A stretch of 40,175 nt of DNA, from IMG/VR virus record IMGVR_UViG_3300028585_000040, positions 1 to 40,175 of that record; one strand, 5' to 3'. Made by a program: the position numbers and the translations under genes. Below, piece after piece: positions 15,259-23,465 of the stretch. The notes under the pieces are model-generated. The model did no database searches and had not been told where the DNA came from. It saw only the letters and a program-made list of their open reading frames with translations. The first letter of the stretch is position 1; each line of letters starts with the position of its first letter. This DNA is from a virus (taxonomy: Duplodnaviria > Caudoviricetes).

Positions 15259-15647
15259 ACGAAGCAGAGACCATGCAGAAGGCCATCGACAAGTTGACCA
15301 AGATGCGCGACGCGGCGCTCCCTGGCCTGCTCGAGGTCGACACCAACTACCCGTTCAGCAGTGATGTCGTGGGCATCTTCGCTCCCGACGCGAAGGCTTA
15401 CGCGATCAAGGCAGAAGCTAGTACTGGCGGCGGTTGGGATGACGACGACGAGGATGAGCCGCTTGATGGCGATGATGCCCCTCATCGCCCGACCTTGACG
15501 CTTCTGGTCGCTCTCCACTCCACGATCGACGCACAGCTCGCAATCATGCACGCGGGACTGCACGAGCGAGAGCTGCCGGAGGGTGCCTACGAACTGCCCG
15601 CTTATGCCTTGGCACGCGCGATTGTTGGTAAGGAAGCGGACGCATGA
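15255..15647 (+). CDS. Hypothetical acidic protein
   Basis: Coupled 130-aa ORF. Confidence 0.7.
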   Translation: MNEAETMQKAIDKLTKMRDAALPGLLEVDTNYPFSSDVVGIFAPDAKAYAIKAEASTGGGWDDDDEDEPLDGDDAPHRPTLTLLVALHSTIDAQLAIMHAGLHERELPEGAYELPAYALARAIVGKEADA

Positions 15648-16087
15648 ACGAACCGGAAGCGAGACGCCTCCTCGGGTACATCAGCGCCGGCTACGACAAC
15701 CGGGCTTTGTCGGAGGCAACCGCGCAGGTGTGGGCTGAGGAGTTGGGGCACGTCGACTTCGAGACCGCGAAGGAAGCAGTGAGGTCGCACTTCCAGAAAC
15801 CGAAGCCACGCGAGTACCTGTCCCTGGACGTGCTGCTCGACCAGATCAAAAGCAACACGAGGCAGACACCCCAGGCCATCGAGGAAGACGTCCGCTCAGC
15901 CAAGGCGCGCGGCCTCATCGGGGCGGACTGGCCTAGACGTGCTGCACTCCCCGCAGACGTCGCCACACGGCTGTTCGAGGCACGCCAGGGTTTCGCGGAA
16001 CAGGTGCGCGCCATCGAAGGCCGACCCGTCCATGAACTACGGGCCATCGACTTCGGCGGGATCGGTAAACGGGTGCCCAATGGGTGA
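15644..16087 (+). CDS. Helicase loader/inhibitor-like protein
   Basis: MNEPEARRLLGYISAGYDNR...VWAEEL..VDFETAKEAVRSHF; typical gene downstream of rep. Confidence 0.6.
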   Translation: MNEPEARRLLGYISAGYDNRALSEATAQVWAEELGHVDFETAKEAVRSHFQKPKPREYLSLDVLLDQIKSNTRQTPQAIEEDVRSAKARGLIGADWPRRAALPADVATRLFEARQGFAEQVRAIEGRPVHELRAIDFGGIGKRVPNG

Positions 16088-16364
16088 CGCCTGGGACACC
16101 TTCATAGCCAGCCTCAACCCGTCCACCCTCGAGAACGAACGGATGCGCCCACCCCTACACCCCGAACTAGAGCGCCCAGGTGGTGCGGAAGACAACCGGA
16201 TGCGGTCACGACACCAAGAGGTCGTGGCCGCTTTCTACATCCGCCAGACAGGCCACCTCCGTGGACCACTGGCACCACTAGAAGCACTCGAAGCCCGGCT
16301 CGAACGAGACCGGGAAGCACAGATCGCCGCGTACGCGATTCTCAAAAACAGGAGGGTGGCATAG
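16080..16364 (+). CDS. Hypothetical protein
   Basis: Overlapping ATG 16080; 94 aa. Confidence 0.65.
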   Translation: MGDAWDTFIASLNPSTLENERMRPPLHPELERPGGAEDNRMRSRHQEVVAAFYIRQTGHLRGPLAPLEALEARLERDREAQIAAYAILKNRRVA

Positions 16365-16473
16365 CAGAAACGGGCAGTCACTACGCTAAAATGAAGACGG
16401 CCCCAAACCGAGTGCTGGAAACACTCGCCGGGGCCTGACCCGCAATCAAGTACAAGTTGATCGGAGGGCTGCG

Positions 16474-17061
16474 ATGAATCGTACCCACTCAGCATCGCCA
16501 AAGCCAAAGTGCAATCAGCCGGGCTGTGAGCGAGAAGCGAAGACTCGTCAGATGTGCCATAAGCACTATGAGAACTGGCGTTGGAATCGGCAGCGCGCAT
16601 TGCTCCCGCCGAACCCAACCCTTCCCACGCCGGAAGAAAGGTTCTGGCCGAAAGTCGACAAGACGACTTCCTGCTGGCTATGGAAGGCGGGAAAACTGCG
16701 CGAAGGGTACGGGGTCTTCCACGTGAACGGCAAGTCGCGCAAGGCCCACCGAGTCGCTTACGAATACGTCGTCGGCCCCATTCCGGATGGCCTTGCCCTT
16801 GACCACCTCTGCCGCAATCGGGCATGCGTCAACCCGGCCCATTTGGAACCCGTCACGACTGCCGAGAACAACAGGCGCGCTTTGCCGTTCGCGAACCGAA
16901 CGAATCAGAAGCGCTGCAAGCGGGGACACGAATTCAACACAGAGAACACCTACCTATGGGTGTCGCCGTCGGGCAAGACGATGCGCAACTGCCGCATTTG
17001 CGCCCTGCAGCGATACCACGACAAAAAACTCTTGAAGAACCAAGAAAGCGAGGCCAACTAA
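16474..17061 (+). CDS. HNH homing-type endonuclease
   Basis: ERFWPKVDK..CWLW, AHRVAYE..VGPIP, LDHLCRNRACVNPAHLEPVT..EN, CKRGH. Confidence 0.93.
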   Translation: MNRTHSASPKPKCNQPGCEREAKTRQMCHKHYENWRWNRQRALLPPNPTLPTPEERFWPKVDKTTSCWLWKAGKLREGYGVFHVNGKSRKAHRVAYEYVVGPIPDGLALDHLCRNRACVNPAHLEPVTTAENNRRALPFANRTNQKRCKRGHEFNTENTYLWVSPSGKTMRNCRICALQRYHDKKLLKNQESEAN

Positions 17062-17501
17062 TGGCTGACATCAAGTTCAAGGCATTCGTTGAAGACTGGA
17101 CAAAGAACAACCAGCAGCACCCGGACTGGGCGATGAAGACCGCCGAGACGCACCGCAAGAAGGACGGCGACAACTGGGTCACCACCTCACGCACCTTCAG
17201 GACCGTCAAAGCTGGCTACGACAACAACAACCAGCCATTGACCATCGATTTCACCCGGTTCGCGAAGGGCGCCCAGGTCGAGGTGATCGGCAGGGAGATG
17301 ACCGAGGTTCGTGAGCACGAAGGCAAGAAGTACTACGACCTCGTGGTCAAGGCGACGAGTGTTGTCGCGGTTGATAGAGAGACGAGCAACGGCGGTCAGA
17401 GCGCACCACAGGGGCAGCAGGGATGGGCACAGGGCGCACCAGCCGCCACGCCTGACGCATGGGCCACCACGCCCAGCTACACCGACGAGACCCCGTTTTG
17501 A
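17061..17501 (+). CDS. ssb: Single-stranded DNA-binding protein
   Basis: OB-fold-like core, Gln/Gly-rich linker, acidic C-terminus DETPF. Confidence 0.85.
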   Translation: MADIKFKAFVEDWTKNNQQHPDWAMKTAETHRKKDGDNWVTTSRTFRTVKAGYDNNNQPLTIDFTRFAKGAQVEVIGREMTEVREHEGKKYYDLVVKATSVVAVDRETSNGGQSAPQGQQGWAQGAPAATPDAWATTPSYTDETPF

Positions 17502-17836
17502 GCGGCTACTCAATCGCGGAGTTGAAGCGGTGGGCCACCCTCCGCTGCGCACACTGCGGCCACCGGTTCCGACTCAAGCGTGACCCACGTAATGCATTCA
17601 GCAGCAAAAGCGGCGAGGTCTACCACAACTCCTGCATCTCGTTCATCCAGTACAGGCGCACAGCAACTGAGCGCCTAGAAGTTCTCTCTCTGGCACTCGA
17701 GGTATCACATGTCACAGCCAACGACGTGAAGCAGGTAGCGGAACTCCGACCCGGAACCGAGGACGAACGGATTGCGATCTCGAACAAGGCTTGGCGTGTT
17801 TTTCACGACCTAGACAAGCTGCGGGGTGAAGTGTGA
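17498..17836 (+). CDS. Hypothetical zinc-binding protein
   Basis: TTGA overlap; RCAHCGHRF...YHNSC. Confidence 0.7.
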   Translation: MSGYSIAELKRWATLRCAHCGHRFRLKRDPRNAFSSKSGEVYHNSCISFIQYRRTATERLEVLSLALEVSHVTANDVKQVAELRPGTEDERIAISNKAWRVFHDLDKLRGEV

Positions 17837-17970
17837 CCCGGCCTACCGTCTGCACCGACCCAACGTGCCCCTGTTGGCGTCGCCTCGCGGACTACCTGAC
17901 CACTGACCTCACCCGGCACGAACACTGCCTCGAAAACGGGTGGACACACACGAACAAGGAGACGACATGA
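17833..17970 (+). CDS. Small Cys/His protein (45 aa)
   Basis: MTRPTVCTDPTCPCW...RHEHC; overlaps at both ends. Confidence 0.55.
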   Translation: MTRPTVCTDPTCPCWRRLADYLTTDLTRHEHCLENGWTHTNKETT

Positions 17971-18254
17971 GTCGACACGTAGATACACGCGAGCGGTCAA
18001 TTCCAGGCGTCCGAGACATGGCGCCAGGTACAACCTTCACCGCCCGCCACATCGATCCTGAGGAATGCGGCGGAATTCCAACACGATGGTTTGTTTTCTG
18101 GTCCGATGGCAACCATCTCATCAACGACAACGGACAGCGATGGTCGCCCGACAGCATCGATCCACGTTCCATCCGGTCGCTCGAAAGCCCCCCGCGCATC
18201 GTTGACTACACGGTTGGCCACCCAAGCGTCGGAGAGCAGGCCACCGATGACTGA
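17967..18254 (+). CDS. Hypothetical protein
   Basis: RBS aaggag before ATG 17967. Confidence 0.65.
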   Translation: MSRHVDTRERSIPGVRDMAPGTTFTARHIDPEECGGIPTRWFVFWSDGNHLINDNGQRWSPDSIDPRSIRSLESPPRIVDYTVGHPSVGEQATDD

Positions 18255-18435
18255 CCCGTACCCGTCCCCGATCGACTCCAACACTCTCGCCCGTGCCCTG
18301 TACGCCCGCGACGCATGGCGGAACAAAGCCGAAATGCTCCGCCGTGAAGCCATGCGCGCCGGGTTCTGGTCGGAAGGCATGGGGCAGAACTGGCCCGAAA
18401 CAGGAAAGGACGCACACATTGACGACTGCGACTGA
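18247..18435 (+). CDS. Hypothetical protein (62 aa)
   Basis: RBS ggag; MTDPYPSP... Confidence 0.6.
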   Translation: MTDPYPSPIDSNTLARALYARDAWRNKAEMLRREAMRAGFWSEGMGQNWPETGKDAHIDDCD

Positions 18436-19114
18436 CGACCCACTGCTCCTCGCCCTCGACCGGCTCACGATCGACCACACCGTCCGTGTACCCGTCGAGG
18501 ATGGGCCCGACTACTTCGCCACCCACAACGGACTCATCCCCCAGTTGCGTGCGGCCGTCGCATCTAACCTTGGCGGCGGGTCAGGGGCAGGTGCCGCCGG
18601 CAACGAGAGAGTGCCCATCGACGCTGACGCCCTGGTCAAGTACCAGCAGATCGAGGAAGCTATATCAGCCCGCCACCAAGCATTGGTCGGTGGGCCTTCA
18701 GGTCTTTACCCCGAGAACGATCTGCGCTGGTGGTACGCGGCCTTCACGCGTGCGTTGCAGGCCGGGACGAAGACGGATGCCGACTACCGGTACGAGCTAC
18801 GCACACTTGAGGGGTGGGTACGTATGGTGTCCGAGAAGTTCGAGCCTCCACGGAAGCGTGAACTGGTCAATGATAAGTGCCCCGAGTGTGGGTTCGCTTG
18901 GTACGTCGACAACAGTGACAAGACCGACCCGCAGCGGAAGGTGGCGCTCACGATCACGTACCGGGAAGGCGACCTCGAAGGGTCCAAGGCGCAGTGCGGG
19001 TGCTGCAAGCAGCAGTGGCACGGAGTCATGGGGTTGCGTGCCCTGTCCTACGCCATCGAGGAAGCCGACACGCCCGCGAATGAGGAAGTCGAGGTTAGTG
19101 GACAAACGCCATGA
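18419..19114 (+). CDS. Last early gene with C-terminal zinc ribbon; candidate late-gene regulator
   Basis: RBS gaaagga plus TTG; CPECG...CGCC; sits immediately before the late promoter (function inferred from position only). Confidence 0.6.
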   Translation: MTTATDDPLLLALDRLTIDHTVRVPVEDGPDYFATHNGLIPQLRAAVASNLGGGSGAGAAGNERVPIDADALVKYQQIEEAISARHQALVGGPSGLYPENDLRWWYAAFTRALQAGTKTDADYRYELRTLEGWVRMVSEKFEPPRKRELVNDKCPECGFAWYVDNSDKTDPQRKVALTITYREGDLEGSKAQCGCCKQQWHGVMGLRALSYAIEEADTPANEEVEVSGQTP

Positions 19115-19127
19115 CGTGCGTTAATCT
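19099..19127 (+). promoter_or_regulatory. SigA-type promoter (late promoter candidate)
   Basis: TGGACA-17 bp-TAATCT. Confidence 0.7.
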
Positions 19128-19133
19128 GATAAC

Positions 19134-19630
19134 GCGCTGGTGAACCATGTCTTAGACAGGTCACCGGCGCTTCGTGTTTAAGGGTGGCGCATCCGGAATG
19201 CCGCGATTGCTAGCGCCGGCACTGCGCCACCCCACATACTTCCGCCCTAGCCTCAGGCTTGAAGCGGACGAACTTCGCAGAGGTCTTTGCCGGACCAACC
19301 CTGCGTCGCATTAGACCGGCTGAGCGGTTTCATGCAGTGGCCCGCCAGGTGAACCCAAGCAAAGCTGCCGCACCGCCGAGAGCGGGCCGGGTACGTGTCA
19401 GCGGCTGTGCAAGTCGCACTCGCCACGTGACGGCCCGCTACTCGTGCAGACCACACAGACCGGCTGGTCGCGATACCAGCCGTCGAGGGGCACGGGCTGC
19501 TGGTCCCGTCATTGAACCGCGCTGCCGGTAAGAACCCCGAACGCAGCCGCCTAGTCCACGACACGGACCCCAAGCTTCCCGGCGTGACGCTGGGTGGTCC
19601 GCGTGATGCGGATAAGCGAAAGAGGCGCAC
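19134..19630 (+). ncRNA. Long structured non-coding leader / candidate ncRNA
   Basis: No convincing CDS; dense helices, e.g. 19134-43/19161-70, 19182-91/19223-32, 19381-89/19431-39, 19461-68/19475-82. Confidence 0.55.
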
Positions 19631-19816
19631 ATGCCCGCAGAGAAGTTCTGGAAGCCGACCCGCATCGAAGGCGACGAACCCGACCTCACAATTAGTTGGG
19701 GCGACGGATCAATGACCGTCAACATCGGCGGGATCGAATCCGACCGATCAGGTGTCAACCGTGCCATCCGCGCGCTACGACGAGCACGTGACGCAACATT
19801 CGGACCCGACGCCTAG
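19631..19816 (+). CDS. Hypothetical protein (61 aa)
   Basis: RBS gagg; LTISWG...DRSGVNRAIRALRRARDATFGPDA. Confidence 0.75.
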   Translation: MPAEKFWKPTRIEGDEPDLTISWGDGSMTVNIGGIESDRSGVNRAIRALRRARDATFGPDA

Positions 19817-19994
19817 AGCCTGCCCGAACGTAGCCCAGAGCCTGACTGGTCAACAGGCACACACTTCCGAACACGCCCGACGACAAACATCAAGCAGCCC
19901 CCGAGCAACCGCACAACAGCGCACCCGGGCGAGACTGACACCCCTAAAGAACGGGGCGCATGTTCGGAACCCCTCAAATGATGGAGCACAACAT

Positions 19995-20129
19995 GTGGGC
20001 AAGCCCGGACGCATGGGACTAACCGACAACTGGCGCTGCCGACACTGCGCCCGCACCTTCGTCGTCGGCTCCCTCCTCGCAGACCACATCACCGAACACG
20101 AAAAATACGGACTCAAACTCGAGACCTAA
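19995..20129 (+). CDS. Small C2H2 zinc-finger protein
   Basis: CRHCARTFVVGSLLADHITEH fits C-x2-C-x3-F-x5-L-x2-H-x3-H; RBS ggag at 19983. Confidence 0.6.
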   Translation: MGKPGRMGLTDNWRCRHCARTFVVGSLLADHITEHEKYGLKLET

Positions 20130-20152
20130 CCAGTCAACAGGGGGATCAGCGC

Positions 20153-20464
20153 ATGGCGGACTACACCATCGAGCCAGACCAAGTAGGGGCCTACGAAATC
20201 CTGCTCACCGCAGGGAACGTCACCACCGTTCGCCTTAGCACCCGCGGCGGCAACATCAGCCACACGGTCCAAGTCAGCATTCACGAAGCCTCCATGCCCG
20301 TCTACGTCCGCAACGGAACCACCGTCAGCGTCAAAGACCCCACATCATCCGTCGTCCTCGCCGGCACATGGATCGACCTCCCCACCGGATACGCCGACGA
20401 AACCGACAACACCGTCGCACTCATCAGCGCCGCCGACGCCACAGTCTCAGTCGCACGCGCATGA
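20153..20464 (+). CDS. Beta-rich hypothetical protein, possibly virion-associated
   Basis: RBS ggggg; Thr/Val-rich; coupled to the collagen gene. Confidence 0.75.
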   Translation: MADYTIEPDQVGAYEILLTAGNVTTVRLSTRGGNISHTVQVSIHEASMPVYVRNGTTVSVKDPTSSVVLAGTWIDLPTGYADETDNTVALISAADATVSVARA

Positions 20465-21261
20465 CCACACGCGGCATCTTCAACCTCCAAGACAACAACG
20501 CCGAACTCGACCAACTCATGGCCCAGCTCAAAGCAGCCATCGAATCAGGCAGCGCTGCCGACTCAGCCGAAGTCATGGCACTCCAAGCGCAAATCGATGC
20601 AGTCAACGCCAAAGCCGACCAGGCCGAAGCGACAGGGCAGAACGCACGAGACATGGTGCTCAAGCGTGACCCCCGCATCAGCACGCTCGAGGGCCTAGCC
20701 GACCAGCTCGGCGGCGCAGTCAACGCTGGCAACGGTGAACACGCACGCCTCGACCAGCGCATCGACAAGATCCAACTGACACCCGGACCCGCAGGCAAAG
20801 ACGGGGCCGATGGCAAGCCCGGCATCGACGGCAAGGCAGGCCTCAACGGCACGAACGGCACCGATGGGCTCACCGCCTACCAGGTTGCCCGTGCCAGCGG
20901 ATACGGCGGCACACAAGCCCAATGGCTTGCATCCCTCGTCGGACCCAAGGGCGACACCGGACCTGCTGGCCCCGTCAACCTGCAGATCGAATACCGCGAT
21001 GGTGTCGCAGTACCAGCCATCACCTCACTGCTCGGCATCAGCGCCAGCGTGGACGTGACAATCACCTGGGCCACAGCATTCGCTGACGCCACCTACATCG
21101 TCACCCCCCAGGTCAGCACAACAGCAGGCGCACTAGTTGGCAAGACATCAGTCGCAATCAAGAGCAAGACCACCGCTGCCTGCGTTGTCACGGTCACCAC
21201 CACCGCCCTACTCAGTGCCGGCCAAGCCACCCTCTCCGCCATCGCCTACCGCAAGGGCTGA
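20461..21261 (+). CDS. Collagen-like fibre protein (coiled coil + Gly-X-Y + beta C-terminal domain)
   Basis: GPAGKDGADGKPGIDGKAGLNGTNGTDG, AYQVA...WLASLVGPKGDTGPAGP. Confidence 0.8.
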   Translation: MTTRGIFNLQDNNAELDQLMAQLKAAIESGSAADSAEVMALQAQIDAVNAKADQAEATGQNARDMVLKRDPRISTLEGLADQLGGAVNAGNGEHARLDQRIDKIQLTPGPAGKDGADGKPGIDGKAGLNGTNGTDGLTAYQVARASGYGGTQAQWLASLVGPKGDTGPAGPVNLQIEYRDGVAVPAITSLLGISASVDVTITWATAFADATYIVTPQVSTTAGALVGKTSVAIKSKTTAACVVTVTTTALLSAGQATLSAIAYRKG

Positions 21262-21266
21262 CAGCC

Positions 21267-21539
21267 ATGAGCCTCAAGCCACGCAACACCAACCAACGCG
21301 ACAAAGACAGAGCACGCATCCGAGCAACCGGTGCCGCCTGCCACATCTGCGGTGAACCCATCGACTACACACTCGACTGGCTCAACCCACGATCCTTCGT
21401 CGTCGACCACGTTGTGCCATTGGCTAAAGAAGGGGCAGACAACATCGGCAACAAAGCCGCAGCACATCGCGAATGCAATAGCAAGAAGCGTGCACGCCTC
21501 GTCGCCCCCATCATCCGCCGATCAGGTGCGCTCAAGTAG
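21267..21539 (+). CDS. Packaging-associated HNH endonuclease (HK97 gp74-like)
   Basis: CHICGEPIDY...VDHVVPLAKEGAD...NKAAAHRECNSKK directly before terminase. Confidence 0.9.
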   Translation: MSLKPRNTNQRDKDRARIRATGAACHICGEPIDYTLDWLNPRSFVVDHVVPLAKEGADNIGNKAAAHRECNSKKRARLVAPIIRRSGALK

Positions 21540-21629
21540 CTCACAAGGCAAGCCAATGGGGCCTCAGGCAAGCAGCGACGAGTGATATGCAACATCGGCA
21601 AGTCGCAAGCCGGTATGCCACTTGTCAAG

Positions 21630-21715
21630 ACCCAGGGGGGACCACCCCCGGCAGCAGGCCCAAAGTACCTCCGGGGATAGACGAGATCCCCCTCCGCCAC
21701 TTTTTCCACCTAGGG
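21630..21715. other. Probable cos region
   Basis: Intergenic between HNH and terS, with G/C runs and a switch from C/A-rich to G/T-rich strand bias; the exact overhang (perhaps near cctccggggata, 21668-21679) cannot be determined. Confidence 0.45.
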
Positions 21716-21721
21716 GGTGTG

Positions 21722-22030
21722 ATGGCTACGAAGCGAAATACTAATCTTAGGGCCGTCTTGGATTCGGATATTCCGGTTCCGCCGCCTGTTCCGAAGTCGA
21801 TTACTGAGGCTGCGGCGTCTGGTAGTCAGCGGGAGTTGCTGGTGTCTTTGCGGACACGTGTTGCGGAGACTGTGCAGGATCCGAATTGTCCGCCGCGTGA
21901 TCTGGCTGCGTTGTCTCGCCGGCTTCAGGAGCTGAGCAAGGAGATTGCGGCTATCGATTTGCGTGAGGCGCAGGAGGCGGGCGGTCATGCCGGGGTCAGC
22001 GACGGGGAGTTCGACGCCGCGGCTATCTGA
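21722..22030 (+). CDS. terS: Terminase small subunit
   Basis: Position; SITEAA..GSQRELL..LR.RVA..V.DP.CPPRDLAALSRRL. Confidence 0.8.
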   Translation: MATKRNTNLRAVLDSDIPVPPPVPKSITEAAASGSQRELLVSLRTRVAETVQDPNCPPRDLAALSRRLQELSKEIAAIDLREAQEAGGHAGVSDGEFDAAAI

Positions 22031-23465
22031 GGTTGCGCGGCATGTGACGATTCCGAAGGGGATTGTGACGACTGCTTGGCCGCGGGTGGTCGATCAGTGC
22101 CTGAAAATGGGTGTCACGTTCGACGAGTGGCAGCACGGCATCGGCGCTGTGGCTCTCGGTAAGCGCAAGAACGGCAAGTACGCCGCCACGGTGGGTGGTG
22201 TGGTGCTGAGCATCCCCCGACAGGTCGGAAAGACGTTCATCGTCGGCATGATCGTGATTGCGCTGTGCATCATCCACCCGGGCCTGACGGTCCTGTGGAG
22301 CGCGCACCGCACCCGCACGGCCTCAAAGACGTTCGGCTCCCTGAAGGGCATGACGTCGAAGAAGAAGATCAAGCCCTACATGCTTGATCCTCGGAACACG
22401 AATGGTGAGCAGGAGATCCGGTTCCGTAATGGGTCGATCATCATGTTCGGTGCCCGTGAGCAGGGCTTCGGTCGTGGTTTCGATGAGGTCGACATCGAGG
22501 TTTTCGATGAGGCGCAGATCCTCACGGAGAAGGCGCTCGAGGACATGGTGGCGGCGACGAACCAGTCTCGGCAGGAGTCCGGGGCGCTGCTGTTCTTCAT
22601 GGGCACTCCCCCGCGACCTACTGACCCGGGCGAGGAGTTCACTAACCGGCGCAAGAAGGCCCTTGAGGGCACCGCGCCGAACATGGTTTATGTCGAGTTC
22701 TCGGCCGACCAGGACGCTGACCCTGACGACCAGAAAGCGTGGGCGCAAGCTAACCCGTCGTTCCCTTCTCGTACTCCTGTGGAGTCGATGGAGCGGATGC
22801 GGGAGAACCTGACAAATGATGATTCGTTTAAGCGCGAGGCTTTGGGAATCTGGGATGCGGTCTCGAGCAACCGGGTCATCGACGAGCTGACCTGGAACGA
22901 CCAAGGCGACGCCGCGTCGATGCCGATCGATCGTCTGACCCTCTCGATTGAGGTCCCTCCGGGTCGCGCGACAGCCGCTGTGGGGTTCGCCGGCCTGCGC
23001 GCTGATGGGCATTGGCACATAGAGCTTGACGAGGAACGTAAGGGCGTCGATTGGGCGATCCCGTGGGTAGTGAAGCGTGCTGAGCGCAACCGACTCCACG
23101 CGGTTGTTGTCGATGAGATGTCTGGCCTGGTCGAGGTTCGTCACGGCAGGAACTACCTCAGGGGAACGGACGTTCTTGTGACTTTGGCTGCTGCGGAGGG
23201 ACGTGACATGGCGATTGCCTGCGCGAAGCTCTACGACGGAATTCATGACGGGTCGGTGTTTCACACGGATCAGCCGCAGGTGAATGTGGCGCTGTCGGTG
23301 GCTGCTAAGCGGCCCCTGGCGGGTGCGTGGGCGTGGAACCGCAAGGACGCCAACTCGAATATCTCTCCCCTGGTGGCTGAAACCCTGGCTCTGTGGGGTG
23401 CTCAGAATGACAACGTGATGCGTCCTAGTCGGCGTACTGGATCTAGGACGGCGGTGGTTCTCTGA
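21987..23465 (+). CDS. terL: Terminase large subunit
   Basis: Walker A IPRQVGKT, Walker B VFDEAQ, motif MGTPP; RBS aggagg. Confidence 0.95.
   Translation: MPGSATGSSTPRLSEVARHVTIPKGIVTTAWPRVVDQCLKMGVTFDEWQHGIGAVALGKRKNGKYAATVGGVVLSIPRQVGKTFIVGMIVIALCIIHPGLTVLWSAHRTRTASKTFGSLKGMTSKKKIKPYMLDPRNTNGEQEIRFRNGSIIMFGAREQGFGRGFDEVDIEVFDEAQILTEKALEDMVAATNQSRQESGALLFFMGTPPRPTDPGEEFTNRRKKALEGTAPNMVYVEFSADQDADPDDQKAWAQANPSFPSRTPVESMERMRENLTNDDSFKREALGIWDAVSSNRVIDELTWNDQGDAASMPIDRLTLSIEVPPGRATAAVGFAGLRADGHWHIELDEERKGVDWAIPWVVKRAERNRLHAVVVDEMSGLVEVRHGRNYLRGTDVLVTLAAAEGRDMAIACAKLYDGIHDGSVFHTDQPQVNVALSVAAKRPLAGAWAWNRKDANSNISPLVAETLALWGAQNDNVMRPSRRTGSRTAVVL

Noticed and set aside
19253-19767. ORF-track ORFs across the late leader (19253-19630, 19259-19531, 19438-19767)
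   Set aside because: No RBS, Arg/Pro/Ala-rich random-looking translations, and dense base-pairing that fits a non-coding role better
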